NCBI GenBank assembly: GCA_964622095.1
Contig: CAZUPP010000009.1
Coordinates: 63,932-127,931 of the forward strand
Direction: 5' to 3'
DNA length: 64,000 bases
Source of the DNA: an uncultured Verrucomicrobiales bacterium
GTDB taxonomy: Bacteria; Verrucomicrobiota; Verrucomicrobiia; Verrucomicrobiales; CAZUPP01
Positions 46,789-56,991 of this stretch are shown piece by piece. Each line of letters starts with the position of its first letter. Position 1 is the stretch's first letter. Both the position numbers and the translations under genes were made by a program. The notes beneath the pieces were generated by a model. That model made no database searches. It was not told where the DNA came from and saw only the letters and a program-made list of their open reading frames with translations.

Positions 46789-48203
46789 GTTTTACGCAGA
46801 TTGCTGGGCAGAATATTCAGTTCCTGCCGGTACTTCGCGACGGTGCGGCGCGCAATCGGGATACCCTTTTCGTTAAGAAGCTGGACAATGTCCTGATCAC
46901 TGAGCGGCTTGGAGCCGTCCTCATTTTTTACCAGATCGGCGATCGCGCCCTTCACGCTTGTATTACTGACGGCTTCACCACCATTGGTCTGATAGCCGGT
47001 CGTAAAGAAATAGCGCATCTCATAAACGCCCTGCGGAGTCTGCATATACTTCCCGGCAATGGCACGGCTGACCGTCGTTTCATGAACACCTACCACTTCC
47101 GCGACCTGATGCATGTTCATGGGATGTAAATGCGCCGGGCCATGATCGAGGAAATCTTTTTGCCGCTTCACAATTTCCTTGGCTATGTTTTCAATCGTCT
47201 GCTGACGCTGATGAATACTCTTAATGAGGAACTTTCCGCTGCGAATTTTGTCACGGATATAGGACTTCACGTTGGAGCGCCCATTCTGTTCCGCCATGAG
47301 ATCCTTATAAACATTGCTGATGCGCAAATGCGGAATGTAATCACTGTTCATGATGACCTGATAACCATCTTCACTGCGCTTTACGAGCACATCAGGAATG
47401 ACGTAACCATTGTTGCTGCTGGAAAACCGTGAACCCGGTTTAGGGTCAAGTGTAGCAATAAATGAGGCCGCCTCCAAAACGTCTTCCATTTCCAGTTCAA
47501 GCGCCTTGGCGATCTGCGGGTAACGCTTTTTCGCGAGGGCATCCAAATGCTTCTCCAGAATTTCGTAGGCGTTACTGTGCTGTTTCCCCAGCCGTCTCAA
47601 TTGCAGAAGCAAACACTCCCGCAAATCATAAGCGCCAATCCCTGCCGGATCCAGTTCCTGGACAATCGTGAGGACATTCTCAATGTCCTGCTCATCGATC
47701 CCGCTCGTTTCGCTGATCTCAGCCGGTTTGGCCTGGAGATAACCATAGTCATCAATATTACCGATGATAAGCTGGGCGATCATTTGCTCCTCATCGTTCA
47801 GGTCGAGCATGGCAATCTGGCCGAGGAGATGTTCCTGAAGATTTTCTTCAACCGTATGGCTTTCGAATAAATGCTGACGCCGTTTCTCGCGATCGGAGTC
47901 ATAGCGTTCGGAGTAAGAATTATTCTGCGACAGATAATCGCGCCATTCCTGATCAAGCTGGGATAGTTTTTCGAATTCTTCCCCAAACTCATCATTCTCT
48001 GAGCCGGCCCCATCCGTATCCACGGAGTCGACTGGTTCTTTAAGCTCCGCTTCAAGCACGGGATTCAGCTCGACTTCCTGCTGCAAAAGGGTTCGCAGGT
48101 CCAGCATGGGCGCCTGTAGAATCTGCAGGCTTTGCTGCAGCTGAGGTGCAAGCGTTTGCTGGAGGGAAAGATTCTGAAACTGTCCTAAAGCAGGTCCGGC
48201 CAT
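46782..48203 (-). CDS. rpoN: RNA polymerase sigma-54 factor
   Basis: N-terminal LSLQQTLAPQLQQSLQILQ, and the C-terminal RpoN box ARRTVAKYRQEL. Confidence 0.95.
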   Translation of the reverse strand: MAGPALGQFQNLSLQQTLAPQLQQSLQILQAPMLDLRTLLQQEVELNPVLEAELKEPVDSVDTDGAGSENDEFGEEFEKLSQLDQEWRDYLSQNNSYSERYDSDREKRRQHLFESHTVEENLQEHLLGQIAMLDLNDEEQMIAQLIIGNIDDYGYLQAKPAEISETSGIDEQDIENVLTIVQELDPAGIGAYDLRECLLLQLRRLGKQHSNAYEILEKHLDALAKKRYPQIAKALELEMEDVLEAASFIATLDPKPGSRFSSSNNGYVIPDVLVKRSEDGYQVIMNSDYIPHLRISNVYKDLMAEQNGRSNVKSYIRDKIRSGKFLIKSIHQRQQTIENIAKEIVKRQKDFLDHGPAHLHPMNMHQVAEVVGVHETTVSRAIAGKYMQTPQGVYEMRYFFTTGYQTNGGEAVSNTSVKGAIADLVKNEDGSKPLSDQDIVQLLNEKGIPIARRTVAKYRQELNILPSNLRKTY

Positions 48204-48378
48204 TTTGAAAAAGGGATGGGCAAAAGCTTGGAGCGGATAGGCTCTCGATTGATTGAAGGCAGGTCCCAGGTGGGCGTGGCTTACAACCCGGATTCATCAT
48301 CCAGGCATCCTTATTGCTACGCAAGCAGCATTGATGCCAAAAATAGCCTCTATGGAGGATCAACCGACCCGTTGAAAA

Positions 48379-49761
48379 CTAATCCAAGTTTTCCGTCACG
48401 CCGGGTTTGGGTGTGATCACCTCCAGCTCCGGAAGCAGCTCAGCCAGTTGTTCCTCAAACCATTGGATGGCAGGTTCATCCCCGTGCACCAGGAGTGTCT
48501 TCCGGGCGCGCACGGCACAGATATAGTCCAGTATCGCCTTGCGCGGCGCATGAGCGCTGAAGTCAAATTCTTCAATCTGGCAGCGCAAAGGCAATGGCTT
48601 GGTGTCCGGAGACAGCTGGATCTCATCCCCATGCCGGGCCGCCCGGATTTTGCCGGCGGGTGACGCAGGATCCGAGTAGCCGACGAAAAAAAGCCCGTGC
48701 TCGGGCCGGTCGATGATGTGCCGGGCAAACAGATTAGACAAAGTGTTCTCCGTCATCATTCCGCTGGAGATGCCATAGAGGTGCTTGGGCTTGGGACGCA
48801 TCCGCCAGATCGTTCGGCCGTTGGCGATTTCTGGGCGGGTTTCCTCCATGATGTTGAATTTTGGCTTCTGGCGATGGGCGGAATAGCTGAGCTTGTCGTA
48901 AATCGTGGTCATCTTCGAGCCCAAGCCGCCGATAAAAATCGGGCAACGGGGCAGATCCCGGCGCTGCTGCAAATGATTGAAAAGCGTCAGCATCTCTTGA
49001 GTCCGGCCGAGCGCAAAGAGCGGGATGAGCACGGCACCTCCACGGTCAAAGACTTCGCGAATGCACTCGGCGAGCCGTGCCGCTTCCGCTTCCCTGGAGT
49101 AATGAGGAGCGCGTGCTGCGGAGCCGCGGGTCGTCTCCACAATCAGCACATCGATGTTTTCAGTGGGTAGCTCAGCCGCCCGGCAGATGTCTTGGTCTTC
49201 CAACTGGATATCACCCGTGTAGAGCAGGCGCTGGCCCCGATACTCAATGAGCACCGCGACGGATCCAAGAATGTGGCCGCCATCAAAAAAAGTAAACACG
49301 GGTTCTCTCTGCGAGTCCCGCTGCTGGAGCCGTTCCCCCCGCAGGCTCATAGGCTGATTAAGCGGGCAGGGCAGCCATGAGCCAGTCGATGCCTCCACTT
49401 CGCGATGGGTAAAAAACGGGTAGAGATTGATGTCCAACTCTTCCCTCTTCTTTGTCATCACGTTGACAGAATTATGAAGCATGGTCTCTGCGAGCAGCAT
49501 CGTTGGCTGGCTCATAAAGACTGGAGCGTGAGGAAAACGCCTTTGCAGCATCGGCAGCGAGCCCACATGATCCATATGGGCGTGGGTCAGAATGATTGCG
49601 TCCAAAGGCTGGTCCCTCAAAAAACGGAAGTTCGGCAAACCATCCGCACCTTCCTGCCTCGGGTGAGTCCCTGAATCGATGACCAGGCGCTTGTCGCCGA
49701 CTTCAATCAGGTAACAGTTTGCCCCAATCTCGACGTCTCTGGTTAAAGCAGTGAAGCGCAT
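48379..49761 (-). CDS. MBL-fold beta-CASP family hydrolase (RNA-processing nuclease-like)
   Basis: ILTHAHMDHVGSLP (HxHxDH). The length and the later motifs (GDI, ETTRG, VHGD) fit the beta-CASP arrangement. Confidence 0.85.
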   Translation of the reverse strand: MRFTALTRDVEIGANCYLIEVGDKRLVIDSGTHPRQEGADGLPNFRFLRDQPLDAIILTHAHMDHVGSLPMLQRRFPHAPVFMSQPTMLLAETMLHNSVNVMTKKREELDINLYPFFTHREVEASTGSWLPCPLNQPMSLRGERLQQRDSQREPVFTFFDGGHILGSVAVLIEYRGQRLLYTGDIQLEDQDICRAAELPTENIDVLIVETTRGSAARAPHYSREAEAARLAECIREVFDRGGAVLIPLFALGRTQEMLTLFNHLQQRRDLPRCPIFIGGLGSKMTTIYDKLSYSAHRQKPKFNIMEETRPEIANGRTIWRMRPKPKHLYGISSGMMTENTLSNLFARHIIDRPEHGLFFVGYSDPASPAGKIRAARHGDEIQLSPDTKPLPLRCQIEEFDFSAHAPRKAILDYICAVRARKTLLVHGDEPAIQWFEEQLAELLPELEVITPKPGVTENLD

Positions 49762-49826
49762 CGGATGATGGTTGCATGGCGTTCGGGGCCCTTGAATTTC
49801 CTCCTCGCCACGCGCTAGATTGGCTT

Positions 49827-50225
49827 ATGCCGACTTACGAATACGTTTGTACGACCTGCGGGTCGACCTTTGAAGAGTTCCAGTCAATCAAGGCAGACCC
49901 ATTGACGGACTGCCGCTCAGATGGATGCCCAGGTCCAGTCCGGAGGAAGATTGGCACCGGAGCGGGAATCATTTTCAAGGGCAGTGGTTTTTACGAAACA
50001 GACTACCGGAGTGACAGCTATAAAAAGGCAGCCAAGGCAGAAACTTCGGATTCGGGTGGATCAGGCAGCGGAGAAAAGCCGGCCAAAGAAAGCGGCAAGA
50101 GCAGCGGCTCAGGAGGAAGCGAGTCATCTGGATCATCCGGTGGGAACGGCTCGAGCACCGCAACCAGCGCGCCGTCAAGCACCGGCTCCTCCGGTTCAGG
50201 AACGACAGGAACGAAAAGCGAGTGA
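49827..50225 (+). CDS. FmdB-family zinc-ribbon protein with Ser/Gly-rich tail
   Basis: MPTYEYVCTTCGSTFEEFQSIKADPLTDC...CPGPVRRKI, then FKGSGFY. ATG 49827 is preferred over the upstream track start. Confidence 0.8.
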   Translation: MPTYEYVCTTCGSTFEEFQSIKADPLTDCRSDGCPGPVRRKIGTGAGIIFKGSGFYETDYRSDSYKKAAKAETSDSGGSGSGEKPAKESGKSSGSGGSESSGSSGGNGSSTATSAPSSTGSSGSGTTGTKSE

Positions 50226-50258
50226 CTTGGCGATAGATCAAGGACATATCATTTGCTT

Positions 50259-50729
50259 ATGAATACCGCATTCCTGAATTCATTGGGCCGCTCTACCCGG
50301 CGCACCATCAGCTTCATCGGCCTCCTCACTCTGCTCTTCGCCAGCGCGGTTATGGTTGCCGCGGGTGAAGAGGTGAAGGACGGCGTGTTTATCCACGTCA
50401 GTAGCGGACCGGATGATTCGCAACGAGTGCTCATGGCGCTGAAGATGGCCAGTGTCATGTCCGAAGACCACGATGTTTTGCTCTACTTTGACGTCTCCGG
50501 CGTCAGCATCGTGACCGCAGACGGCCCCAATCTGGAGATTGAGCCTTACGGCACCTCCAAGCGGCTCCTGGCACTGCTCGTGGAAAGAGGCGTGCTCATT
50601 GAGGCCTGCCCTTCCTGCCTGAAAGCGGCCGGAAAGTCCAAAGAAGATCTGGCTGAAGGCGTTAAGCTGGCGGATAAGAAAGACTTCTTTGGATTTACTG
50701 ATGGTCGTGTCATCAGCCTGAGCTACTAG
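50259..50729 (+). CDS. DsrE/DsrF-like family protein with signal peptide
   Basis: ATG 50259 (the track start is a TTG). Signal peptide ISFIGLLTLLFASAVMVAAG. GVFIHVSSGPDDSQRVLMALKMA...VLLYFDVSGV...IEACPSCL fits the DsrE fold pattern. Confidence 0.65.
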   Translation: MNTAFLNSLGRSTRRTISFIGLLTLLFASAVMVAAGEEVKDGVFIHVSSGPDDSQRVLMALKMASVMSEDHDVLLYFDVSGVSIVTADGPNLEIEPYGTSKRLLALLVERGVLIEACPSCLKAAGKSKEDLAEGVKLADKKDFFGFTDGRVISLSY

Positions 50730-50870
50730 ACGAGCGCAGCCGGGCTTTCGCGGATGAAAGCTTGAAAGAAGGGCGCTCGTGGGTTCACACTGTTGTGAGG
50801 CTGCGGTTTTTTCCGCGTGCCATTACCACCACTGCCACTACTGAAGAATCTGCCGACCTTTTTATAAATC

Positions 50871-51308
50871 ATGAAACGTTTACTGGATCTACTCACGCTC
50901 AGCGGAGCCATTGCCGTTATTCTCTCTCTGACCGCCTGCCCGCTTAAAAAAGAGCAGGAGGAGGAAGCCGCCGTCACCGGTGAAGAAGAATCTGCGGAAG
51001 AGCAATCTTCGGAGCAGACGGCCAGCACGGTAGAAACGGAAGAGGAAACCGTTGAAGAAGAAGTCGCCTCGGAAGAAACTTCTGACGCACCAATTGAAGC
51101 TGATCGCGAGCCGGAGCCTGACGAGTTTGTTACCGTCTCACCCGGAGCCGATGCGCCCAAGGCAGAAATCGTGGATAAAGCGGGCGGACGAATCTACGTG
51201 CAAAGCCCGTATTCTGAAAATCCTGAAGCGAAAATCGACGTTACAGACAATCAGCCGGGTGATCTGGTCCAGGATCCATACACGAAGAAGTTCTTCGTTG
51301 TCCCCTGA
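50871..51308 (+). CDS. lipoprotein with acidic linker and C-terminal SPYS...DPYTKKFFVVP module
   Basis: MKRLLDLLTLSGAIAVILSLTAC carries a lipobox. A Glu-rich linker follows, and the last roughly 39 aa are paralogous to those of the next gene. Confidence 0.65.
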   Translation: MKRLLDLLTLSGAIAVILSLTACPLKKEQEEEAAVTGEEESAEEQSSEQTASTVETEEETVEEEVASEETSDAPIEADREPEPDEFVTVSPGADAPKAEIVDKAGGRIYVQSPYSENPEAKIDVTDNQPGDLVQDPYTKKFFVVP

Positions 51309-51463
51309 GTCGTTTCTGACCTGGTATCCCGCTTCAGCGGACTGGGCAAAGCACGCGGGCTGGCACACGTTGCAGGGAAATTTGAATATCTTCGGCTGAA
51401 CGGTCGTCTAGGATCAGGAAAGGCTCGCCTTGAATTTGGGGCGTGTGGGAGTAGGTGGTAACC

Positions 51464-52003
51464 ATGAAGGCATTGTCACGAATTTTAACTTTATTGGTGC
51501 TCGCTGTGCTACCCGGAGCACTGTTCCTGGGCTGCGACAGCTATTATTACGATGAAGTAGCCTACCTGCAGAACAACCCGTATGGCTACCGTCCCAGCGG
51601 CGGACCACCTCCCCGGCCCGACGGCCTGCCTCCCGGACAAACTCCGCCTGGTTATCAGGACCCTTACGGTGTGACGCCGGGCACGACGGAAGATCCGTAT
51701 GGCACGGACAGCACCCAGACTGCACAGACCCAGCCAGATTCCGCGGATGATTCAGGTCGTGGCAGAAGCGGCAGCCGTTCTTCTTCCGGGAGCGGGTCCA
51801 GCACGGACACGCCAGCTTCGAGCGGCAGCGGAGGCGGGAGCACCTCAGGAAGCAGCTTTCCGACTGCCAAAAAAGTGCCTGGTCAACCGAATTATGTCAT
51901 CAGCCCCTACTCTGATGGTGACCAGTGGGTGGATGTAAGCGGGATGGAATCCGGTTCACAGGCTTACGATCCTTATACCAAAAAGATCTTCATTGTGCCC
52001 TGA
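51464..52003 (+). CDS. lipoprotein with Pro/Ser/Gly-rich linker and C-terminal SPYS...DPYTKKIFIVP module
   Basis: ATG 51464 is preceded by GGAGTAGGTGG. MKALSRILTLLVLAVLPGALFLGC carries a lipobox. The C-terminal 38 aa are paralogous to those of the previous gene. Confidence 0.65.
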   Translation: MKALSRILTLLVLAVLPGALFLGCDSYYYDEVAYLQNNPYGYRPSGGPPPRPDGLPPGQTPPGYQDPYGVTPGTTEDPYGTDSTQTAQTQPDSADDSGRGRSGSRSSSGSGSSTDTPASSGSGGGSTSGSSFPTAKKVPGQPNYVISPYSDGDQWVDVSGMESGSQAYDPYTKKIFIVP

Positions 52004-52940
52004 CGGGTCTCTGGACTCAACGGCTGCACATCCGTTTTCTCGCGTGCCCTTCCAACGCTACGCCATCCTCGGGCCCGGCTTGCTGGGAGGCTCGATCGCG
52101 CTTGCCCTGCGCTCCCTGCGAGCAGGCGTCCAGATTTCAATGTACGGAAGGCGCCATGAGGTTTTGGATAAAGCCATGTCTCGCCATCTGGCTGATCGGA
52201 CGAGCACCGTTCCCTCTGAAGTTATCGATGGCGCAGAGTGCGTGATATTGGCAACACCCATCGGGGTGATGAGCCAACTGATAAAACAATCCCTTCATGC
52301 TCTCAGTCCGGAGGCCATCGTGACGGATGTAGGCAGCGTGAAGGCACCCGTGGTCAGGGAGCTGGAAACTGTTCTCGCTGATAGCCGTGCGCATTTCGTC
52401 GGCAGCCACCCCATGGCAGGTTCAGAAAAGACTGGTCTTGATGCCGCTGTGCCGGAGCTGTTTCACGGAGCCGCCTGCATCCTGACTCCCAGCCCGCACA
52501 CAAATCTGGAAGCGATGAGAAAGATTGACGCTCTTTGGCGTCTGCTTGGCTGTATGACCTACGAAATGTCTCCGGAACGGCACGACCAGACTGTCTCTAC
52601 GATCAGCCATGTGCCCCATCTCCTCGCTGCTCTTTTGGTCCAGCTAGCAGCGGAGGGGCGCGGTGAGGACGGGAGCGACACGGGATGGATGGCCTTTGCG
52701 GGAGGGGGCTTTCGAGACACTACCCGCATCGCAGCGGGACCTCCGGAGATGTGGACAGAGATTCTTTTGGAGAATGCACAAGCCGTTGAGCAAGATCTTG
52801 AACGCCTCGGAATTCTTATATCAGAGAGCCGCAAGGCCATTCGCTCTCATAACTGGGAGTCTCTTCGAGAGCTTCTTACTTTCGCAAAGTCTCAGCGGGA
52901 GAAACTACCTCTTCCACGCGCTGCCCATGCCCCCGAGTGA
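51993..52940 (+). CDS. tyrA: prephenate dehydrogenase
   Basis: YAILGPGLLGGSIALAL (Rossmann motif) and FVGSHPMAGSEKTG. The track start is a TTG overlapping the previous gene; GTG 52044 is an alternative start. Confidence 0.85.
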   Translation: MCPDGSLDSTAAHPFSRVPFQRYAILGPGLLGGSIALALRSLRAGVQISMYGRRHEVLDKAMSRHLADRTSTVPSEVIDGAECVILATPIGVMSQLIKQSLHALSPEAIVTDVGSVKAPVVRELETVLADSRAHFVGSHPMAGSEKTGLDAAVPELFHGAACILTPSPHTNLEAMRKIDALWRLLGCMTYEMSPERHDQTVSTISHVPHLLAALLVQLAAEGRGEDGSDTGWMAFAGGGFRDTTRIAAGPPEMWTEILLENAQAVEQDLERLGILISESRKAIRSHNWESLRELLTFAKSQREKLPLPRAAHAPE

Positions 52941-53022
52941 TAGGCCACGATAAAAACTATCCGTCCTCCGGGCGGATGCCGCTTGCCCGCAGCATTCGCG
53001 TGCATCACGTTCATTAACCACT

Positions 53023-54456
53023 ATGGCTGAACTGAAGTCCCGCAGTATCGCACCGATTCAGACGGAGCTGCGCGTCCCCGGAGATGAACAGATCAGTCAC
53101 CGGGCACTGGCCTGCGCCGCTCTGTCTAATGGCCCGTGCCAACTCAAGGGCTTCCTTCCCGCCGCCGGGCCTCAAACCACCGTTCGGGCGCTCCGGCAAA
53201 TGGGCATTGAGGTAAGTCATGATGACCAGGACCCGACTCTTGTCCGGGTCACCGGTTGTGGAGGAAAACTACCTCGCATCGCGGAGGAGATCGACTGCGG
53301 AAACGAACTGATTACTCTTGTCCTGGGGATTGCCATGGCCGCTCCCCGGAACGAGCGTGTGGTATTCTGGGCGGATGAAGAACTGAGCCAGAAGCCCCTG
53401 AAACGCATCCTCGAGCCCCTTCGCGCCTTAGGGGTGGACATTCAGAGCAAGGGCAGCGGAATCGATTCCGCCCCTTTAGTAGTAACTCCGTCAGAGGAAC
53501 TCCGTCCTGCGGTGTGGAAAGCTTCGTCAGCTCTGGTGGAGGCTAAAACCGCATTCCTCATTGCGGCTCACGCCATTAAAGGAGTTTCCAGATATGAGGA
53601 GCCGTTTCTGACTCCAAACCATACGGAAAACATCCTGCGATTCATGCATACGAGCATTTGGCAGGATGCTGATCGTGACACCGTCAACGTCTGTGGCCCA
53701 CAGAGGCTGGAGAGCCGGGAGATCATTATTCCGGGGGACATCTCTCACGCGGCACCGTGGCTGGTTCTGGCCGCTGCGAGGGAAGGGGCTCACCTGATCG
53801 TTCAGAATATTGGCTTAAATGAAACACGCACCACTGCGTTGGGCGTTCTGGTGCGGATGGGAGCGCTGATACGGGAACGCTTTGATCATCGCCGACGGAT
53901 GGAACCCATGGGACGGCTGGAAGTGCGTGGCAGTAAATTGCATGGCACCAGCATTCTGGGACGGGAGGTGCCCTGTCTGATGGAAGAAATCTGTGTCCTG
54001 GCGGTTGCGGGCGCTTTGGCAGCAGGCCGGACGACAATCCGTGACGCGGAGGAACTGCGCAGCAGACGGCCGGATCGCATCGCACTGACGGTAAAAAACC
54101 TGCGTCGCATGGGTGTGCAGGTAAAAGAACGTGACGACGGGATGGATATTACCGGACAGGGAAAACTGAAAGCGGCACGCGTCGAAACTCAGGGGGATCC
54201 ACGAATTGGAATGGCCTTTGCCATTGCCGGTCTGTGCGCCGAAGGCGGCGAGACCATTATTGAGGATGCGGAAGGCATTGAGCAGGCTTACCCGGGATTT
54301 GGAAAAACCCTGCACCACCTGATTGCCACACGCATCCCAAAGGGTTCGCGAACACCCGTGGTCACCAACCTGCCAAATTTATTCGCGAACGGTTACTTTG
54401 ATCATGAGGAAGAAAGAACCGCGAAGCGGAATGATTCTGCGGCATTTACCCCTTAA
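53023..54456 (+). CDS. aroA: 3-phosphoshikimate 1-carboxyvinyltransferase (EPSP synthase)
   Basis: LRVPGDEQISHRALACAAL plus the two-domain length. It has a C-terminal extension of about 40 aa. Confidence 0.92.
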   Translation: MAELKSRSIAPIQTELRVPGDEQISHRALACAALSNGPCQLKGFLPAAGPQTTVRALRQMGIEVSHDDQDPTLVRVTGCGGKLPRIAEEIDCGNELITLVLGIAMAAPRNERVVFWADEELSQKPLKRILEPLRALGVDIQSKGSGIDSAPLVVTPSEELRPAVWKASSALVEAKTAFLIAAHAIKGVSRYEEPFLTPNHTENILRFMHTSIWQDADRDTVNVCGPQRLESREIIIPGDISHAAPWLVLAAAREGAHLIVQNIGLNETRTTALGVLVRMGALIRERFDHRRRMEPMGRLEVRGSKLHGTSILGREVPCLMEEICVLAVAGALAAGRTTIRDAEELRSRRPDRIALTVKNLRRMGVQVKERDDGMDITGQGKLKAARVETQGDPRIGMAFAIAGLCAEGGETIIEDAEGIEQAYPGFGKTLHHLIATRIPKGSRTPVVTNLPNLFANGYFDHEEERTAKRNDSAAFTP

Positions 54457-54481
54457 GAATTTCTCGCTCTGTTTTCATTAG

Positions 54482-55186
54482 ATGTCCCAGGACCCAGCAG
54501 CAGCAGCACAATGCAGTATGAAAACGGTCATCGCCATTGATGGCCCGGCAGCCAGCGGTAAATCTACCGTCGCAAAAGAACTGGCGGATCGGCTGGGCTT
54601 TGCTTTTGTCAGCACAGGACAGGTTTACCGGGCCGCGGCGTGGCTGGCTCTGAAGAATGGAATAAATGTCCATGATGCCTATGCAGTTGAAACTGTGGTT
54701 TCCTCCGCGGACTGGCATTTTCTGTTAAAGGGAAACCGCTCCATGATCTCAATCAATGATCACGCCCTAAGCGATGAAGAGATGACGTCCCCTGAGGTCA
54801 ACGCCATCGTCTCGCTCGTTGCCAGTTATCCGGGCGTCCGGGATTTCCTCCTGGAGCGACAACGCGACTATGCCCGGGTCACTGACATTGTCGTTGAAGG
54901 CCGGGACATGGGCACGCAGGTGTTTCCGCATACTCCTTACAAATTCTTCATCACGGCCCGCGAGGAAATACGGCGTCAGCGGCGTGAACAGCAAGGCATC
55001 AAGGGCGATGATGTTGGGGAGCGTGATAAACTTGATTCCACCCGAAAAACGGCGCCACTCTGGCCGGCCCCGGATGCCAATACAATCGACACATCAGAAT
55101 TGACCATCACGCAGGTCGTCGAATTAATCCTGAAGGAACTCAAGGAACTGGAATTGCCCGCCGCGATCACTCATCTGGACGAATGA
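54482..55186 (+). CDS. cmk: cytidylate kinase
   Basis: VIAIDGPAASGKSTVAKELA (P-loop) and VVEGRDMGTQVFP. An alternative ATG lies at 54518. Confidence 0.92.
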   Translation: MSQDPAAAAQCSMKTVIAIDGPAASGKSTVAKELADRLGFAFVSTGQVYRAAAWLALKNGINVHDAYAVETVVSSADWHFLLKGNRSMISINDHALSDEEMTSPEVNAIVSLVASYPGVRDFLLERQRDYARVTDIVVEGRDMGTQVFPHTPYKFFITAREEIRRQRREQQGIKGDDVGERDKLDSTRKTAPLWPAPDANTIDTSELTITQVVELILKELKELELPAAITHLDE

Positions 55187-55839
55187 CCTACGTTTACGCT
55201 TTCGGCTATTTATTGACCAAGTATCTTGGTGCCACGCTTTTTGATTTGCAAATCCATCATCAGAAGCGCGCATTGCTCGATGGTCCGGTAATATACGCGA
55301 TGAACCATCAGAGTTTCCTTGATCCGCCTCTTGCCGGCATGGTGCCGAAGCGGGAAGTGTATTTCCTGGGGCGGAAAACCCTGCACGAGACCAGCCTGAT
55401 GGGAAATTTATTCTATAAGATGAATACCATCCCAATCGATCTCACTAAATCCGACATTACCGGCCTGAAAAGTATCATCCGCGTGCTGCGGGAAAAACAG
55501 TCCATCGTGATTTTTCCCGAAGGAACCCGCTCCAGAGACGGGACGATTGGGGAGGCCAAGGGTGGCATGGGATTGATCATCGCAAAATCCAATGCGCCCG
55601 TCGTTCCCATGCGTATTTTTGGAGCAAACCGTGCCTTGCAGCGTGGAGGCTTTCGTTTGCGCTTCACCCCGATTGACATTGTGGTGGGAGAACCCATCTA
55701 TGACTTTTCTGTCCCGAACGAGGCTGACCGCGTTAGCAGATATCGCCACATCAGTGAACAGGTCATGGAATCTATCCGTGAACTTAAGCTGCCACCTGAG
55801 GCCGAAGGAAGGCATCGGGAAGAACACAGCTCAGCGTAA
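55183..55839 (+). CDS. plsC: 1-acyl-sn-glycerol-3-phosphate acyltransferase
   Basis: NHQSFLD (HX4D) and FPEGTRS. Its start overlaps the cmk stop in an ATGA. Confidence 0.85.
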   Translation: MTYVYAFGYLLTKYLGATLFDLQIHHQKRALLDGPVIYAMNHQSFLDPPLAGMVPKREVYFLGRKTLHETSLMGNLFYKMNTIPIDLTKSDITGLKSIIRVLREKQSIVIFPEGTRSRDGTIGEAKGGMGLIIAKSNAPVVPMRIFGANRALQRGGFRLRFTPIDIVVGEPIYDFSVPNEADRVSRYRHISEQVMESIRELKLPPEAEGRHREEHSSA

Positions 55840-55880
55840 ATGGTTTACTCTTTGCCCAACAACTTCATCATCAGTTAATT

Positions 55881-56990
55881 ATGCAGGATCCCCGTTACGA
55901 TCGTTTTGCCGAGGTGCTTACCACGCACTCAACAAAAGTCAGCCCTGGTGACAAGGTTCTGATCGATCTATTTGACGCACCCGCCGAAATTGGCCTCGCT
56001 CTAATCAGAAAGGTTCGGTCTCTGGGAGGAACACCATTTATTGTGCTGCACAATAGTTTGATCACCCGCGAACTCATGATTGGTGCGACCGAAGAACAAT
56101 ATGAATTACTTTCCGAACTTAGCCTCGACCGGATGAAACACATGTCTGTTTACATCGCGATTCGTGGCAGCCATAACATTAATGAGACCAGTGATGTATC
56201 CAAAGAGAATCTGCATCTGGTATCCAATCGCATGCGGGAAGTAACCAATTATCGCGTAAACAATACCCGGTGGGTCGTTTGCCGATGGCCCCACCCGGGC
56301 ATGGCCCAGTTGGCAGGCATGAGTACGCCCGCCTTCGAGGATTTCTTTTTCCGGGTTTGCAATCTGGACTACGGCAAGATGTTCCGGGCCATGGAGCCGC
56401 TCAAGGAGCGGATGGAAAACACCAGGGACGTCCATATCACCGGGCCCGGCACCGACCTGCGTTTCAGCATTGCCGGGCAAAAAGCGATTTCCTGTGGCGG
56501 CGAGCGCAATATTCCCGACGGGGAAGTCTTCACCTCTCCCGTGCTCGAATCAGTCAATGGCACCGTTTCCTATAATGCCCCGACAATCTATCTGGGTAAG
56601 AGCTTTGATAGTATCGTTCTAACGTTTCGTGATGGTAAAATCGTCGAGGCTAGCGCCAATAGAACCCAAGATCTGAATGATATTCTTGATTCCGACGAAG
56701 GCGCGCGGTTTGTCGGGGAGTTTGCCATTGGCTTCAACCCGGAGATTCGAGAGCCCATGCGTGACATCCTTTTTGACGAGAAGATTTCCGGCTCGTTTCA
56801 CTTTACCCCTGGTCAAGCTTACGAAGCGGCGGACAATGGAAACCGCAGCCAAATCCACTGGGACATGGTCTGTATTCAGCGTTCAGATTACGGTGGCGGT
56901 GAGATTTGGTTTGATGGTGAATTGATTCGCAAGGATGGCCTCTTTGTCACGTCCGATCTGATACCCTTGAATCCAGAAAATCTGGTATAA
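55881..56990 (+). CDS. aminopeptidase, M29 (AmpS/PepS) family
   Basis: 369 aa. N-terminal RYDRFAEVLTTHSTKVSPGDKVLI. The later NIPDGEVFTSP and HWDMV are typical of M29. Confidence 0.85.
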   Translation: MQDPRYDRFAEVLTTHSTKVSPGDKVLIDLFDAPAEIGLALIRKVRSLGGTPFIVLHNSLITRELMIGATEEQYELLSELSLDRMKHMSVYIAIRGSHNINETSDVSKENLHLVSNRMREVTNYRVNNTRWVVCRWPHPGMAQLAGMSTPAFEDFFFRVCNLDYGKMFRAMEPLKERMENTRDVHITGPGTDLRFSIAGQKAISCGGERNIPDGEVFTSPVLESVNGTVSYNAPTIYLGKSFDSIVLTFRDGKIVEASANRTQDLNDILDSDEGARFVGEFAIGFNPEIREPMRDILFDEKISGSFHFTPGQAYEAADNGNRSQIHWDMVCIQRSDYGGGEIWFDGELIRKDGLFVTSDLIPLNPENLV

Positions 56991-56991
56991 C

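Noticed and set aside
51361-51374. A sigma-54-like TGGCAC...TTGCA sequence about 90 nt upstream of the second lipoprotein gene (rpoN is present in the window).
   Set aside because: Only 8 nt separate the GG and GC dinucleotides instead of the required 10 (TGGCAC-N5-TTGC), and spacing is critical for sigma-54 promoters.
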